A stretch of DNA of 64,000 nucleotides from a virus (taxonomy: Duplodnaviria; Caudoviricetes), in the IMG/VR virus record IMGVR_UViG_3300027884_000039, positions 15,113 to 79,112 of that record; one strand, given 5' to 3'. This document shows positions 54,552-64,000 of this stretch, in pieces (positions within the stretch are counted from its first letter, which is position 1; each line of letters starts with the position of its first letter). The notes below the pieces were generated by a model that was given only the letters and a program-made list of their open reading frames with translations, did no database searches and was not told the origin of the DNA. A program made the translations under genes and the position numbers.

Positions 54552-55667
54552 TTAACTGCCGTAGGTGAGGACTCCTGATCTGGCGAGCGCTTCTTCCGGC
54601 GTGGAAGGTGCGTCGTTTGCCTTGGAAGTCTGCGCTTCTGGCTTCTTGGCGTTTTCGATTTGTTCGACGGTTTGCTTGGCGCCCAGGGATTTGCCATACT
54701 TTATCAATTCATTGATCATGCCCACGTGATCGATCGCTGCGGCTGAAATGAACAACTGCTTGTCCACTACCGGCGAGCCGTCCGCATTGAATACGTGCTT
54801 TACGTACTCTTGCGGATTCTGCAACACGGTAAGCAGGCCTTGAGGATCAGCCACCTCATAATTAAAGGTGGTATCTCCGCTGCCGAGCACTAATTTCTTG
54901 GAACTCAGCAGGTCCTTGGTTACCTGGTTATCGTTGATCGCCTTGGTATATTTATCAATGAATGCTCTTTGTTCAGCCTCCTGTTGCTCTGCCTGCAAAT
55001 CTGGTTGAGGGGCCGGAGGTTTCGCAGACATGATATATTGCTGTTGCTTAGTAACCATATCTGCCCTGATCCCTTTGGCTTCGGCGGTGAGTAATAGCTT
55101 TCCCCGTTTAACTTCCGATTCGGAATAGACATCCGGATTCAGCTTATACTTATCGACCACCAATCCCTGGTATAATTCCTCCAGGTCCTCGCTGGAAAAT
55201 TCCGGATAATCCTCCTGCAACTTCTGTCTCATTAGTTGCTCTGGCGTCATCTTGGAATAATCTACAGAAACGGCCCTGATATAGGCAGTGATGTCGCCGT
55301 CCGTTCTCCATTTGTTGAAGAACCCCACCATTTTGTCATCGAATCCTAACTCTTTTAGGACCTCGGCCATGTCGGCCTTTTTTAATTCTTGTTTCCAGTC
55401 AAGGACCGGAGCCTGCGCCTGCTCCGGCTGTTGACTGGCAGATTGAGGAGCATCAACCCTAGCTTCAGCCACCACCGGCTTGGTCACTGTTTCAGTAACC
55501 GCTGCGGGTGCGACTTCGGCCACATTGGGTTTTGGCTTTTCCTCCTCTATATTGATTTCCGGAACTGCTCCCGGATTGTCACCTTCTGTTTTAGCACCGT
55601 TCTTGGCCATGATGGCTGCAATATCGACTGGCGCCGTGAGCGCCGTACCGGTCATTTCTTCACTCAT
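54552..55667 (-). CDS. capsid scaffolding protein (putative)
   Basis: acidic/low-complexity N-terminus, helical core, directly upstream of the capsid gene. Confidence 0.6.
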   Translation of the reverse strand: MSEEMTGTALTAPVDIAAIMAKNGAKTEGDNPGAVPEINIEEEKPKPNVAEVAPAAVTETVTKPVVAEARVDAPQSASQQPEQAQAPVLDWKQELKKADMAEVLKELGFDDKMVGFFNKWRTDGDITAYIRAVSVDYSKMTPEQLMRQKLQEDYPEFSSEDLEELYQGLVVDKYKLNPDVYSESEVKRGKLLLTAEAKGIRADMVTKQQQYIMSAKPPAPQPDLQAEQQEAEQRAFIDKYTKAINDNQVTKDLLSSKKLVLGSGDTTFNYEVADPQGLLTVLQNPQEYVKHVFNADGSPVVDKQLFISAAAIDHVGMINELIKYGKSLGAKQTVEQIENAKKPEAQTSKANDAPSTPEEALARSGVLTYGS

Positions 55668-55939
55668 TTAGATTGGTTGGGCGGGGTGATGAATTTTGCA
55701 CGGAATTCCAGATCGCTATAGACCTGTGGAGCGGGCTCGCGGACTAGCCATTGTCCTTCATATATCGGCTTCAGTAATTCGCCCATCGAAAAAAGTGCAT
55801 GGAACTTGCCGTTGCCGCCGTGTTTAACCGTGCAGCCTTCGAAGTCAACGCGCTCCCCTTTGAGGACAGCCGCTTTCTGTTCGTCAGTCAAGATAAATTG
55901 CTGAGCGGTTGCCCGCTGGTAAAATTCCGGCATCATCAA
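55664..55939 (-). CDS. hypothetical protein
   Basis: 91-aa ORF. Confidence 0.55.
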   Translation of the reverse strand: MMMPEFYQRATAQQFILTDEQKAAVLKGERVDFEGCTVKHGGNGKFHALFSMGELLKPIYEGQWLVREPAPQVYSDLEFRAKFITPPNQSK

Positions 55940-55995
55940 AATTACTTGGATGGTTCAGCGCGCGCTAGGACTATTTCACTTTTCGTCTAGTTTGT

Positions 55996-58401
55996 CTATG
56001 TCATTGCCTCTTCAGGAATGTTCTGCTCCATCCCCGGCGAGGGCGCTTGACCAGGGTCAGGCGTTTGCTGCTGGGGCATGATCGGCGGTATCTGTTCTTC
56101 CGGCATTCCTTTTTCCCGCTTCTGGATATTCTCCTTGGATTGCGCCGCGATCACATGCCCCGCCATCTTGACCTGGTTGGTCTGATCGGCAATCGCCGCC
56201 TGCATACCATTGTTGATCTTGGCGACGGCAATGTCGAATTCCCCTTTGAGTTGAATCTGCGCCATGGTGAACTGTTGTTTCATCTGCTCCATTTGCTGTT
56301 CCATTTGCGCAGACTGTTGAGCACTCTGCTGCTGACCTTGGATGGTCTGCTGTTGATTCTGGAGGGCTTCCTGTTGCTTCTGCTGTTTGTTGCGCTTCAC
56401 CCGGTAGGCAAGGATCATCTGCGCTTGCTTAATATTATAAACGTTCATGACATAGAAGGCATCACTCGTATCCAGCATCCCGTTCTGCACATCAAACTGC
56501 AATTGTTGCATGAGCATCTGCTTCTGGTCGTCGGTCGGTTTCTCTTCCAGCATGATTCCGTAATCGCGCAGGCAAAGGGCGTCCGATACCTGGATGAACT
56601 TCAGGGTATTGGTATTGAGCGCTGGCGCATAGCCTGATACGCCACCCTTCTTTAACCCCTGCTGTATTCTCAGCAGGACGTCATTCGCCAAGTGCGTCAT
56701 CAGGTGTTTCTTAGCCGCGATCATGGGGTAGAGCGAGTTATTGGTCCCCTGGTCCATCATGGTAGCCACACCATTCAAGAGCTTCGGATTGGGGGTCGAA
56801 GCGTCCGTCACGTCGTTCAGGCCAATCATCGCTTGAATCTGGTTCATCGTAATTTCCATCTTCTGGTACAAGGCCTGTAGCTCTGTCGCAATGCTATTCT
56901 GGATGGGGATGATCGGCTTATAATTCACGTTGTCTCCCATCACGCCCTGGGACCTGCCGACGAGGACGCCTGTTTCCATGAACATCTGGAGCAAGTCCAG
57001 CGGTTTCATGTTCTCGCCACCCTTGTTGAGCGCTACATTCTCCAGGGCGTCGAGATCAATCCACCAGCCATTGGGCACGATCCGGTTGGAGATATTCTGT
57101 ATCTTGTAGATGTCTAGTTGGTAGTCATCGATCAATGGCATGAGCCTTTCCATCATCCCCAGCGCCCGCATTTCATAGAAACTCTGCGCGATGAACCGAA
57201 AGCTCATCCGGGTGTATCCTTTTTTCTTGTTGTTCACGGGCCGCTTCATATCCTGAACCAGGCCGAAATCGTAGGCATATTCGGTGCCGATGATCCACTT
57301 GATCTTGTACAGGACTTCGATCCGCCTGCTGACATACTTGCGCTTATCGGTATTTGGCTTATCGATCTTATCCCATGCCGCCATGTTGAACCGCTCATTA
57401 CCACGCTTATCGATCCGGTTCTCATAATTATAATCATTGTAGTTCTTAAACTCGATATCCAGGACCTTGACCTTAAACTTATCATACCCCTTGAAGTAAT
57501 TGGTACTCCGTCCTACCATCGCCGGGTTGCTCCACTTGCCCGCTACATTATTCATTAGGTCCTGTAACTGATCCTGATTGAACAGCGCGTTGCCATTACT
57601 ATCGGTGAGTGCGGCAATGTCATTGATCGATACATCAATTACTTCCCCCGCATGGATCAGGTCCCGGAAGTCGGCAAACCGGCAATAGTTCGTGACCACC
57701 GCTTCCGGGTTAATGTTGCGAAACTTCGGCTTATTGTCATCTCCCAGCCATTCTTTGTAGCCCGCAATACCACAATCAAATAAGTCTTCGTATAACTTCT
57801 TTTCAAATTGATCCAAGTTATTTTCGTAGAATCCCAACTGGATTGCCTCCTCTGCGTCCTTGGCCCGATTGAATTGTTCGCCGAAGTCAATGCGCATCTG
57901 CATTTCCTCAAAATCTTCCGGCTCCCCAGGATTGGATTGCAGTGCGGGATGCTGGGCTAATTGGGGATTCTGTTGCTGCAAGAGTTGCTTTACGGCGATC
58001 TTGGCCTTTGCCTGCGCATAATATTTATCGAGTTCTGCCTTAGCAGTCGGATCAATGGGAGTGCAAATAATGCTATGCCCCTGTTGCAACATCTTGCTGA
58101 TTGCGATATCTCGTTTCTGTGCAATGAAGGGTCTTACGGTCCAATCCAGGTTGAGATAGGTAAGATTGGTTTGCTCATCGACGCCCATGAGCTTCTTGTA
58201 CTTGTTTATTGGCTGTTTCCCCAACGCGTAAAGCCGCAGTTCTTCGTACTTGTCTGCGGCGTTATAAAATACAGTTCTAGGTATAGTATAACAAAAGTCA
58301 TACCAAGCGGCCTGCGCATATTTCTTTCCCCATAGAATATCTTTATCACGTGGATCGATATTTGATTTTGGGTAGGTTTGGAAAAATTGTTCTTCAGCCA
58401 T
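55996..58401 (-). CDS. portal protein (crAss-like, podovirus type)
   Basis: 801 aa after TerL; LRLYALGKQPINKYK, NLDW, MIGLNDVTDAS, Gln-rich barrel tail. Confidence 0.8.
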   Translation of the reverse strand: MAEEQFFQTYPKSNIDPRDKDILWGKKYAQAAWYDFCYTIPRTVFYNAADKYEELRLYALGKQPINKYKKLMGVDEQTNLTYLNLDWTVRPFIAQKRDIAISKMLQQGHSIICTPIDPTAKAELDKYYAQAKAKIAVKQLLQQQNPQLAQHPALQSNPGEPEDFEEMQMRIDFGEQFNRAKDAEEAIQLGFYENNLDQFEKKLYEDLFDCGIAGYKEWLGDDNKPKFRNINPEAVVTNYCRFADFRDLIHAGEVIDVSINDIAALTDSNGNALFNQDQLQDLMNNVAGKWSNPAMVGRSTNYFKGYDKFKVKVLDIEFKNYNDYNYENRIDKRGNERFNMAAWDKIDKPNTDKRKYVSRRIEVLYKIKWIIGTEYAYDFGLVQDMKRPVNNKKKGYTRMSFRFIAQSFYEMRALGMMERLMPLIDDYQLDIYKIQNISNRIVPNGWWIDLDALENVALNKGGENMKPLDLLQMFMETGVLVGRSQGVMGDNVNYKPIIPIQNSIATELQALYQKMEITMNQIQAMIGLNDVTDASTPNPKLLNGVATMMDQGTNNSLYPMIAAKKHLMTHLANDVLLRIQQGLKKGGVSGYAPALNTNTLKFIQVSDALCLRDYGIMLEEKPTDDQKQMLMQQLQFDVQNGMLDTSDAFYVMNVYNIKQAQMILAYRVKRNKQQKQQEALQNQQQTIQGQQQSAQQSAQMEQQMEQMKQQFTMAQIQLKGEFDIAVAKINNGMQAAIADQTNQVKMAGHVIAAQSKENIQKREKGMPEEQIPPIMPQQQTPDPGQAPSPGMEQNIPEEAMT

Positions 58402-58942
58402 TTCTTAATAATTTTAAATGTTTCCATGTCTTCCCCCTCACTATTCCTGAGACATGGCCATCGTTCAAATTGAATTTTCGTCCGAGTTCGGCGTATGTAA
58501 AAACGCCGGTTCTATGTAACATGATAATTTCAATTGCGTCTTCTTCTTTAATTTTGGCTTGAGCATGATTTTGGCCCCGCTGATTCTTACCCAGCACATT
58601 TATGGAATGATGCGCATTTTCGAGTCTGGTAAACCACTCCAAATTCCAGTCACTATTATTTTGTTTATTGCCATCCTTATGATTAACTTCTGGCTTATTC
58701 TCTGGATTTGGAATGAAGTGTTGTGCTACCAACCGATGTACGATTAGCCGATTTTTCAAATTGCCCTTCGAAAGCAGCACAAGCAGGTAACCGCGATGAT
58801 TGGGATATAAGCCAAGCATCATCTCTTTTAACAGCCCCCTTCTCCCATGCACTTTTCTTTCTAGCGACTTAATTCTTCCCATATTACTCACCTGATAATA
58901 CCCTTCGTATCCGGCGATGTCTTTCCAGATTTCTTGTTCCAT
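58394..58942 (-). CDS. NUMOD4-HNH homing endonuclease (free-standing)
   Basis: EIWKDIAGYEGYYQVSNMGRIKS, VHRLVAQHFIPNPENKPEVNHKDGNKQNN..NLEW. Confidence 0.92.
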   Translation of the reverse strand: MEQEIWKDIAGYEGYYQVSNMGRIKSLERKVHGRRGLLKEMMLGLYPNHRGYLLVLLSKGNLKNRLIVHRLVAQHFIPNPENKPEVNHKDGNKQNNSDWNLEWFTRLENAHHSINVLGKNQRGQNHAQAKIKEEDAIEIIMLHRTGVFTYAELGRKFNLNDGHVSGIVRGKTWKHLKLLRNG

Positions 58943-58960
58943 TTGGTTATAGTTTTTTGG

Positions 58961-60991
58961 TTATGAAGCTTTATAAATTTTGAAATACTCAGTCACGTCG
59001 CGGTTGCTATCGCTTTGGTTCCTTGGCTTATGCTTTTTTGAGGCGATCAAGGTCATCCCGGCGCCGATGGATCGGTCGAACTTGGTGGTGTCGCCTGGAT
59101 CAAACTCCAACCATTCCTCAATCAGGTCAGAAAAAAATACCTTGTGAATGAATTCATTGATATATGCCTCTGTGTAATCTGAGAGCAATTGTATCATTTT
59201 GCCCCGACCATCCGAATACAGCCCGTAATCATCTTCTCCGGGTAGCTTCATGAGAAAATGCTGACATCGATTGTTGATGAAATAATCCCGCCAATTGTCA
59301 ATGTTTCGTTCGAATAATATTTGGCATCCGAAGTACCAGGCCATCTTTAGTAAGTCTTCATATTGAAATCCGGTCGTTGCTGCCCTATAGGTGTACTTGC
59401 ACACGAAGGCGTCATTGAATGGATTGCCAGGATCGGCCAGGTCGAATTTTTGATAGACGAATGCGGCACAATCCGACCTTCGGTTGTCCTTTACCTTGTC
59501 ATATTTGAACGGGTCACAGCCCATGGAAAACGCAAAGTTGTTATTGGGTATATAGGAATCCCCCTGTTTGAGCACTCGATTGGCATCATCTGCTTTTTTA
59601 AAATTGAACCCTGTGCAAATGGTGTAGCGGCCATTCCTGGATTTCTCCCAATCTACTTTCCCGAACTTTACCCCGTCGCGCCAAACAAAATTTCCCTTTT
59701 CCGTCAGGTTCTCTTTCCAGGAAATATTTTCTAACTGAATATTGAGCTTCATGGCGTCGTACAGACATTTTTCGGCGGCGTCATAAAACAACTCAGTTTC
59801 GGTGAATGGATTTTTAGATATTTCCCCAGCCAAAAGACGCGGGTTATGGGCGAGGCCTGCGCGCGTATTCAGATAGAAGGTCTTACCCTCTTCGATCAGC
59901 GGCATTCCGTAGATGTCGAATTCATACATCTCAAATGCCGGTGTAAAATATCTATATAGGCCGCTCATGGTATGGCCATTGGCATCCCTCTCTTCTGGAT
60001 CGCTGTCTTTCCATAAATGCTTGAATGCAGCCGTTTTCGTTGTCTTATCATCCTTCAGCTTTTCTACGGTCGTTGTATACAAGCACTTCCCGATCCATTT
60101 TTTTCCTACGCGCAAGCAATATTTCACCACCTGGTGCCGCTCGTACACATCTACGCTGTCGGTCTTTCCAATTTCATCTCCTAAATAGCGATGTAATTTC
60201 CATCCATCGTAAGCGTATTGTTCAGCAGAGAGGTAGTTGATAAAGGAGTTGAGACCCATCCCGCCGAAATCTTCCATCAATTTTTTCCCCTTGCGTGGCG
60301 TGAGCACGAACTTGAGTTCTTTATCGGGACTATTGCCCGCGTAGGCATCAATCTCGGGGCGAAAAAAGTCAGGTAATCTACGGAAGGGTGTAACGATTTT
60401 CCCCTTGAACAAATTCTTGGCATCATTATCTGTCTTGCTCTGCATCCCCCCATTGGCATCCAGGGTACGAGATACATATTCGTAAACGAATAGACCACCC
60501 CGGTAACTCTTGCCTGAGCGCCTATTGGCCGCTTCAATCATCCCTGCGCATAGCGGGTCTTCGATGCAATACTGCAAAAAATAATACCGACGCCGATCCG
60601 GCTCCCTATACTTTGGGTAGTCATCATCCAGGTGCCACCAGTTCAGGTACATGTAGTGCTCGCCAGTGATATAGGTAGGCTCGCCGTGGTTATAAAACCA
60701 GATGCCACACAATCTCCTTGTCCACTCCTGTTCTCGAAAGCGCTCAAGCGCTGGATCATAAAAATCGGGATCAGATGCTTGCTTAGCCTTCTCTGCCGTC
60801 CGCTTCTTATTCCAATTCTCAGGGAGTGGAGTTCGTTGCCAATACTGGTCTTCTTTCTTGGTAGCCCGCTTGATGACGTCCGTCTTCTGTACCTTACCGG
60901 TAATGGAGGAAATACCATAGCCTAATGAAGGTACATGACACTCCAGCCCATAAATCCGTTCTATATGTCCTTCTTTAATATTATGGTACAT
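58961..60991 (-). CDS. terL: terminase large subunit
   Basis: NRRSGKS Walker A, LGDEIGK Walker B, GCDPF and FDRSIGAG nuclease motifs; crAss-like. Confidence 0.9.
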   Translation of the reverse strand: MYHNIKEGHIERIYGLECHVPSLGYGISSITGKVQKTDVIKRATKKEDQYWQRTPLPENWNKKRTAEKAKQASDPDFYDPALERFREQEWTRRLCGIWFYNHGEPTYITGEHYMYLNWWHLDDDYPKYREPDRRRYYFLQYCIEDPLCAGMIEAANRRSGKSYRGGLFVYEYVSRTLDANGGMQSKTDNDAKNLFKGKIVTPFRRLPDFFRPEIDAYAGNSPDKELKFVLTPRKGKKLMEDFGGMGLNSFINYLSAEQYAYDGWKLHRYLGDEIGKTDSVDVYERHQVVKYCLRVGKKWIGKCLYTTTVEKLKDDKTTKTAAFKHLWKDSDPEERDANGHTMSGLYRYFTPAFEMYEFDIYGMPLIEEGKTFYLNTRAGLAHNPRLLAGEISKNPFTETELFYDAAEKCLYDAMKLNIQLENISWKENLTEKGNFVWRDGVKFGKVDWEKSRNGRYTICTGFNFKKADDANRVLKQGDSYIPNNNFAFSMGCDPFKYDKVKDNRRSDCAAFVYQKFDLADPGNPFNDAFVCKYTYRAATTGFQYEDLLKMAWYFGCQILFERNIDNWRDYFINNRCQHFLMKLPGEDDYGLYSDGRGKMIQLLSDYTEAYINEFIHKVFFSDLIEEWLEFDPGDTTKFDRSIGAGMTLIASKKHKPRNQSDSNRDVTEYFKIYKAS

Positions 60992-60993
60992 GG

Positions 60994-61593
60994 CTATTTA
61001 TTTGACAGCGCCATTGACTCAGGACTCACTCTTTTTTTGGCCGTTGTTTCCAGCTTATCATCACTTCCAAAGAAGGTCCGGTAATACACTTCAAGCCGGT
61101 TAATATCCAGATCGATCTCCTGGGCGATAACCGCTTTTTTTTGAACGGCCTCTAATTCTTCCTTACTACTCTTGCCGCTGATCGGGGTCATGGTCTGCTT
61201 TATTTCTTCCCACAGTTTGAATTCGATCGCGCAAATTGCTGCCCATTCCTTACTCCGCACGAATCGCATTAAGAACTTCACGGTATAATCCACTAGGATC
61301 GGATACGTGCAGTTATAGATCGACGCCATTAGCCGCTCATCTTCCAGTTCGAAGTCCGCCAGTTCAGCCGCCAGCCCCTTCCGGTAGCTCAGGTCCCGCT
61401 CTCCGGTCACCAATCCGCTCTTCGGATCATAGACCATGATCGTATAGCGAATGATCTGGTCGAGCAGCGGGTCCGCCATCCAATCAGGGGCGACAATCTC
61501 TGTCAGGATCGGATAGGCCGTTAGCATCTTTTGCTCGGTTAATGGATGAATAGAGCAGCCGTCGAATGATTTTCGGTTATAGTGATTATTCAT
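60994..61593 (-). CDS. conserved protein upstream of terL
   Basis: 199-aa helical ORF abutting terL. Confidence 0.6.
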   Translation of the reverse strand: MNNHYNRKSFDGCSIHPLTEQKMLTAYPILTEIVAPDWMADPLLDQIIRYTIMVYDPKSGLVTGERDLSYRKGLAAELADFELEDERLMASIYNCTYPILVDYTVKFLMRFVRSKEWAAICAIEFKLWEEIKQTMTPISGKSSKEELEAVQKKAVIAQEIDLDINRLEVYYRTFFGSDDKLETTAKKRVSPESMALSNK

Positions 61594-64000
61594 GGCTTCC
61601 AGGTTTGTATTTGATTAGTTGGCTCTACGGCCTCCTGCTTAGCGCCAGGGTCTTTATTCGTTAGTACCGTACTCCCGATACCATTGAGGATCGCGTTGGT
61701 CGCATCATTCTCGCCGTCTGCCCATTGCCAAAAACTTTGAATGGCATTTGGGGTCATGCCGCGCACTTGAGAAAGGATGAAGGATGTTAACTGCGGAGGG
61801 CCAATACCGGGATTGGAGCCTTGCGACCACTTAGTGAGTTCTCCCTTGAGCTTGCCGCCTTTCGGATCGCCTTCCTGGTAGCCTTTTTGATCTCGCTTAT
61901 AAGGATTGCCGGTAGTTGAGTTGATATCCCCCTTCGCGTGCGCTGTTTGCGTCTTCGAGTATGTTCCTTTATCGTCCAGCCCAGTGAGTTCATCAATAGT
62001 CGTGAATTGTCTGCCCTGCCAGTTCTCTCCCGTTAGCGCTTCCAAACCGACCTTAGGAAGAAAAGCCAGCTTAGCCTCCAGGAACTTGCCTGGTGTGTAT
62101 AGTTTAGCCGGGTCAGTATAGGCGCCGAACAAGGAAAAGTAAGCCCGCTTGCCGGGATCACCACCGAAGTAGTGGTAAAGGGGTGTAATGTCGATCATAC
62201 TCGATCGAAACTTACCTGCGTCCCACGCCTTGGAATATCGCCGTGACATCGCCTCCTGCCAACTAATCGGGTTGCCCTGATCGTCTTTTTCATCCCAATG
62301 GGCCATGATCGCGTTGGCCATGGTAGTTAGCACCGCCCCGCGCAAGACCACCCGTGCCCAGGTACGACGGTAGAGCCCCGCTTCGTCCCCCTTGCCGATA
62401 GCATTCTTAGCAAAGCGCAGATTGCTCGCTGTCCAATCGGGTGCCAAAAGCAAGAGACTACTGAGATGACGCATGGTCGGGTCCTGCATCTTGGTCCCTC
62501 GCATGCGCTCCCAATTAATACCACCATAGGTATCATTCATGAGCTTGGCTACCCGCTTAAAGATGGCGTCATGTTCCGTGAAATGTTTTCCTACCATCTC
62601 CGACTTCACCAGGTTAACCCCGTCAAACATTTTTAGGCCAGCACCATAGCTATCGAAGAGATATTTATGAAACTGTGTATTGAGGTCGATGATCTTATCT
62701 TTTGCCGCCTTGGTTGCAGACAACTTGTCGAGTTGCTTTCCGACCCATGTATTGTGTGATGCGACGCCTTCTGTCCAATCCTGGCGTCGATTGATTGTCA
62801 TGCCTGCTTTAATCAGTTCATGCACATAAGGATGCTCATCTGCGAGCATCTGGAGTCCGGTCTTGTATGCACTAATTGGATTGGCCGATTTAAAATCACT
62901 CATCTTAGCGCTCAACTCATGCGCTCGCGTGAATGCCACGAAGTGAAATCCTGAATAAGAGAGCATGGATTGCTTCACGGCAGCATTAAAATTGCTCAAG
63001 CCATCTATCAGCGGCTTGCCTTGCAGTGCTGACTTGCCTAATATATTATTCAAAGATTTGGCCACGTCCTCGGGTGCGTAGACGGGTGATTTCTTCATCA
63101 CTTCCCCCTTCTCCGTCACGAGCACGTCACGGCGCCTGCCGAAGGCCTGTGCTTCTTGCTGAGGATAGTCCTTCAATTTCCCGGCAAACTCCCATTTCTG
63201 AAAAGCGGGATTTTCTATCTTTTTATATCCAGTCTCCTGAGTGGTGCTGAATAAGGTCTTTTGAATGGGTTTTCCGTTCGCGTCATTCTCACCACTAAAA
63301 TATTTCAGCGCCAGGCCCTGCTCCAGGTGCCTGCGGTTTTCGATCACATTTCCGATCTCTTCCTTTAAAATTTGCAGGTTATTACTTGCGCCTTTTATCT
63401 TGAGGGTCATGCCTTCGGCCAGTCCTTGAAGCTTTGTATCTAGCGTACGTTGCAATTGGTGTCTGGAGGAGGTGCTGAACTTAAAGCTTTCTTCTGTTGC
63501 TGGTTTGCCATTTTTCATATCCCAGGCTCTTCCAACATAGTTCTCTAGCGCATCTTTAATAAGACCATAGAATTTTGATTCCTCGCCTAGTTCATCATAT
63601 TGCTTTTTGATGTCATCTGCGATTTCCTTCTGCTTATCAGTTAAGTTCTGTGACAGATCGGCGATCTTTTGATCGTGCGGGGTTAGTTTGTCGTAGAATT
63701 CTTTAAAGTGAGCCGGGTTTCGTTTGGTGTCCAGGTATATATCAATCGCCTCATCCACGTCCTGCCACCGGCTTCCTTTCGGCGTTGTTGCTTTAATTCT
63801 ATCCTGGAAGGTTCTGGCCTCCTGCCGGGACATGACACGATTAAGGTCTTTACGTCCCAGCCACTTGTCTTCTGTATCAAAGTACTTGCTCATGACCTCC
63901 TTTTGTGATGCTTGCTTCTGCGCTTCATCGATTGGATGCGCTTTCGCTTCACCCAGGACAGCTAATGCCTGGTCAGGATCAAGGCCCTTACGTTGAAGTA
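61590..64000 (-). CDS. 3' part of a very large virion (internal/ejected-type) protein, truncated by the window edge
   Basis: the track ORF 61590..63893 stays open for 35 more codons (LQRKGLDPDQ..QKEV) to the window edge; helical, K/A-rich. Confidence 0.7.
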   Translation of the reverse strand, partial: LQRKGLDPDQALAVLGEAKAHPIDEAQKQASQKEVMSKYFDTEDKWLGRKDLNRVMSRQEARTFQDRIKATTPKGSRWQDVDEAIDIYLDTKRNPAHFKEFYDKLTPHDQKIADLSQNLTDKQKEIADDIKKQYDELGEESKFYGLIKDALENYVGRAWDMKNGKPATEESFKFSTSSRHQLQRTLDTKLQGLAEGMTLKIKGASNNLQILKEEIGNVIENRRHLEQGLALKYFSGENDANGKPIQKTLFSTTQETGYKKIENPAFQKWEFAGKLKDYPQQEAQAFGRRRDVLVTEKGEVMKKSPVYAPEDVAKSLNNILGKSALQGKPLIDGLSNFNAAVKQSMLSYSGFHFVAFTRAHELSAKMSDFKSANPISAYKTGLQMLADEHPYVHELIKAGMTINRRQDWTEGVASHNTWVGKQLDKLSATKAAKDKIIDLNTQFHKYLFDSYGAGLKMFDGVNLVKSEMVGKHFTEHDAIFKRVAKLMNDTYGGINWERMRGTKMQDPTMRHLSSLLLLAPDWTASNLRFAKNAIGKGDEAGLYRRTWARVVLRGAVLTTMANAIMAHWDEKDDQGNPISWQEAMSRRYSKAWDAGKFRSSMIDITPLYHYFGGDPGKRAYFSLFGAYTDPAKLYTPGKFLEAKLAFLPKVGLEALTGENWQGRQFTTIDELTGLDDKGTYSKTQTAHAKGDINSTTGNPYKRDQKGYQEGDPKGGKLKGELTKWSQGSNPGIGPPQLTSFILSQVRGMTPNAIQSFWQWADGENDATNAILNGIGSTVLTNKDPGAKQEAVEPTNQIQTWKP

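Noticed and set aside
58394-58942. NUMOD4-HNH as a group I intron or intein splitting terL or portal
   Set aside because: TerL ends with a complete nuclease C-terminus and stop, the portal has its own start, and there is no room for an intron core; it is free-standing
1-64000. CRISPR array, cas genes, reverse transcriptase/retron/DGR
   Set aside because: No regularly spaced 25-45 bp repeats, no RT motifs (YxDD in context) and no VR/TR pairs were seen
1-64000. Stop-codon reassignment as in some crAss-like phages
   Set aside because: Long genes (TerL, portal, capsid, primase, 1692-aa fibre) are intact in code 11 and no suppressor tRNA was found

Overview
The window is most of the genome of a temperate tailed phage, probably infecting a Bacteroidota (Chitinophagaceae-like) host. 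The host call rests on A-rich leaders without Shine-Dalgarno motifs, TAnnTTTG-like promoters and host-type RCC1/PKD and MG2/TonB-plug-like genes. Layout: (1) 0-7 kb (+), a glycosyltransferase/methyltransferase cluster; (2) 7-18.5 kb (-), many tiny early-type genes with mini-tRNA-like intergenic hairpins; (3) 18.6-19.2 kb, an AT-rich iteron-like region; (4) 19.2-25.5 kb (+), an SSB-like gene, a run of HTH regulators, tRNA-Cys, an HNH gene and a ~205-nt structured RNA; (5) 25.8-30.3 kb (-), primase-helicase, a VRR-NUC-like nuclease and an ssDNA-annealing protein; (6) a divergent cro/cI-like switch, then phosphatases; (7) 36.2-39.3 kb, an RNA island; (8) an attP-like site with a tyrosine integrase; (9) 44-64 kb (-), a crAss-like virion and packaging module (TerL, portal, scaffold, capsid, tail-fibre-like proteins). 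The RNA island is the most striking element. Two helical proteins of unknown function are each followed directly by a structured ncRNA. One of these is a circularly permuted tRNA mimic with YrlA/Y-RNA topology, trailed by free anticodon-stem-loop mimics, yet no Ro60 gene is in the window. An initiator tRNA, tRNA-Ile, a Leu-bodied GAT tRNA-like gene and an orphan HicB flank it. All family assignments come from motif recognition by eye and from memory; no database search was run.
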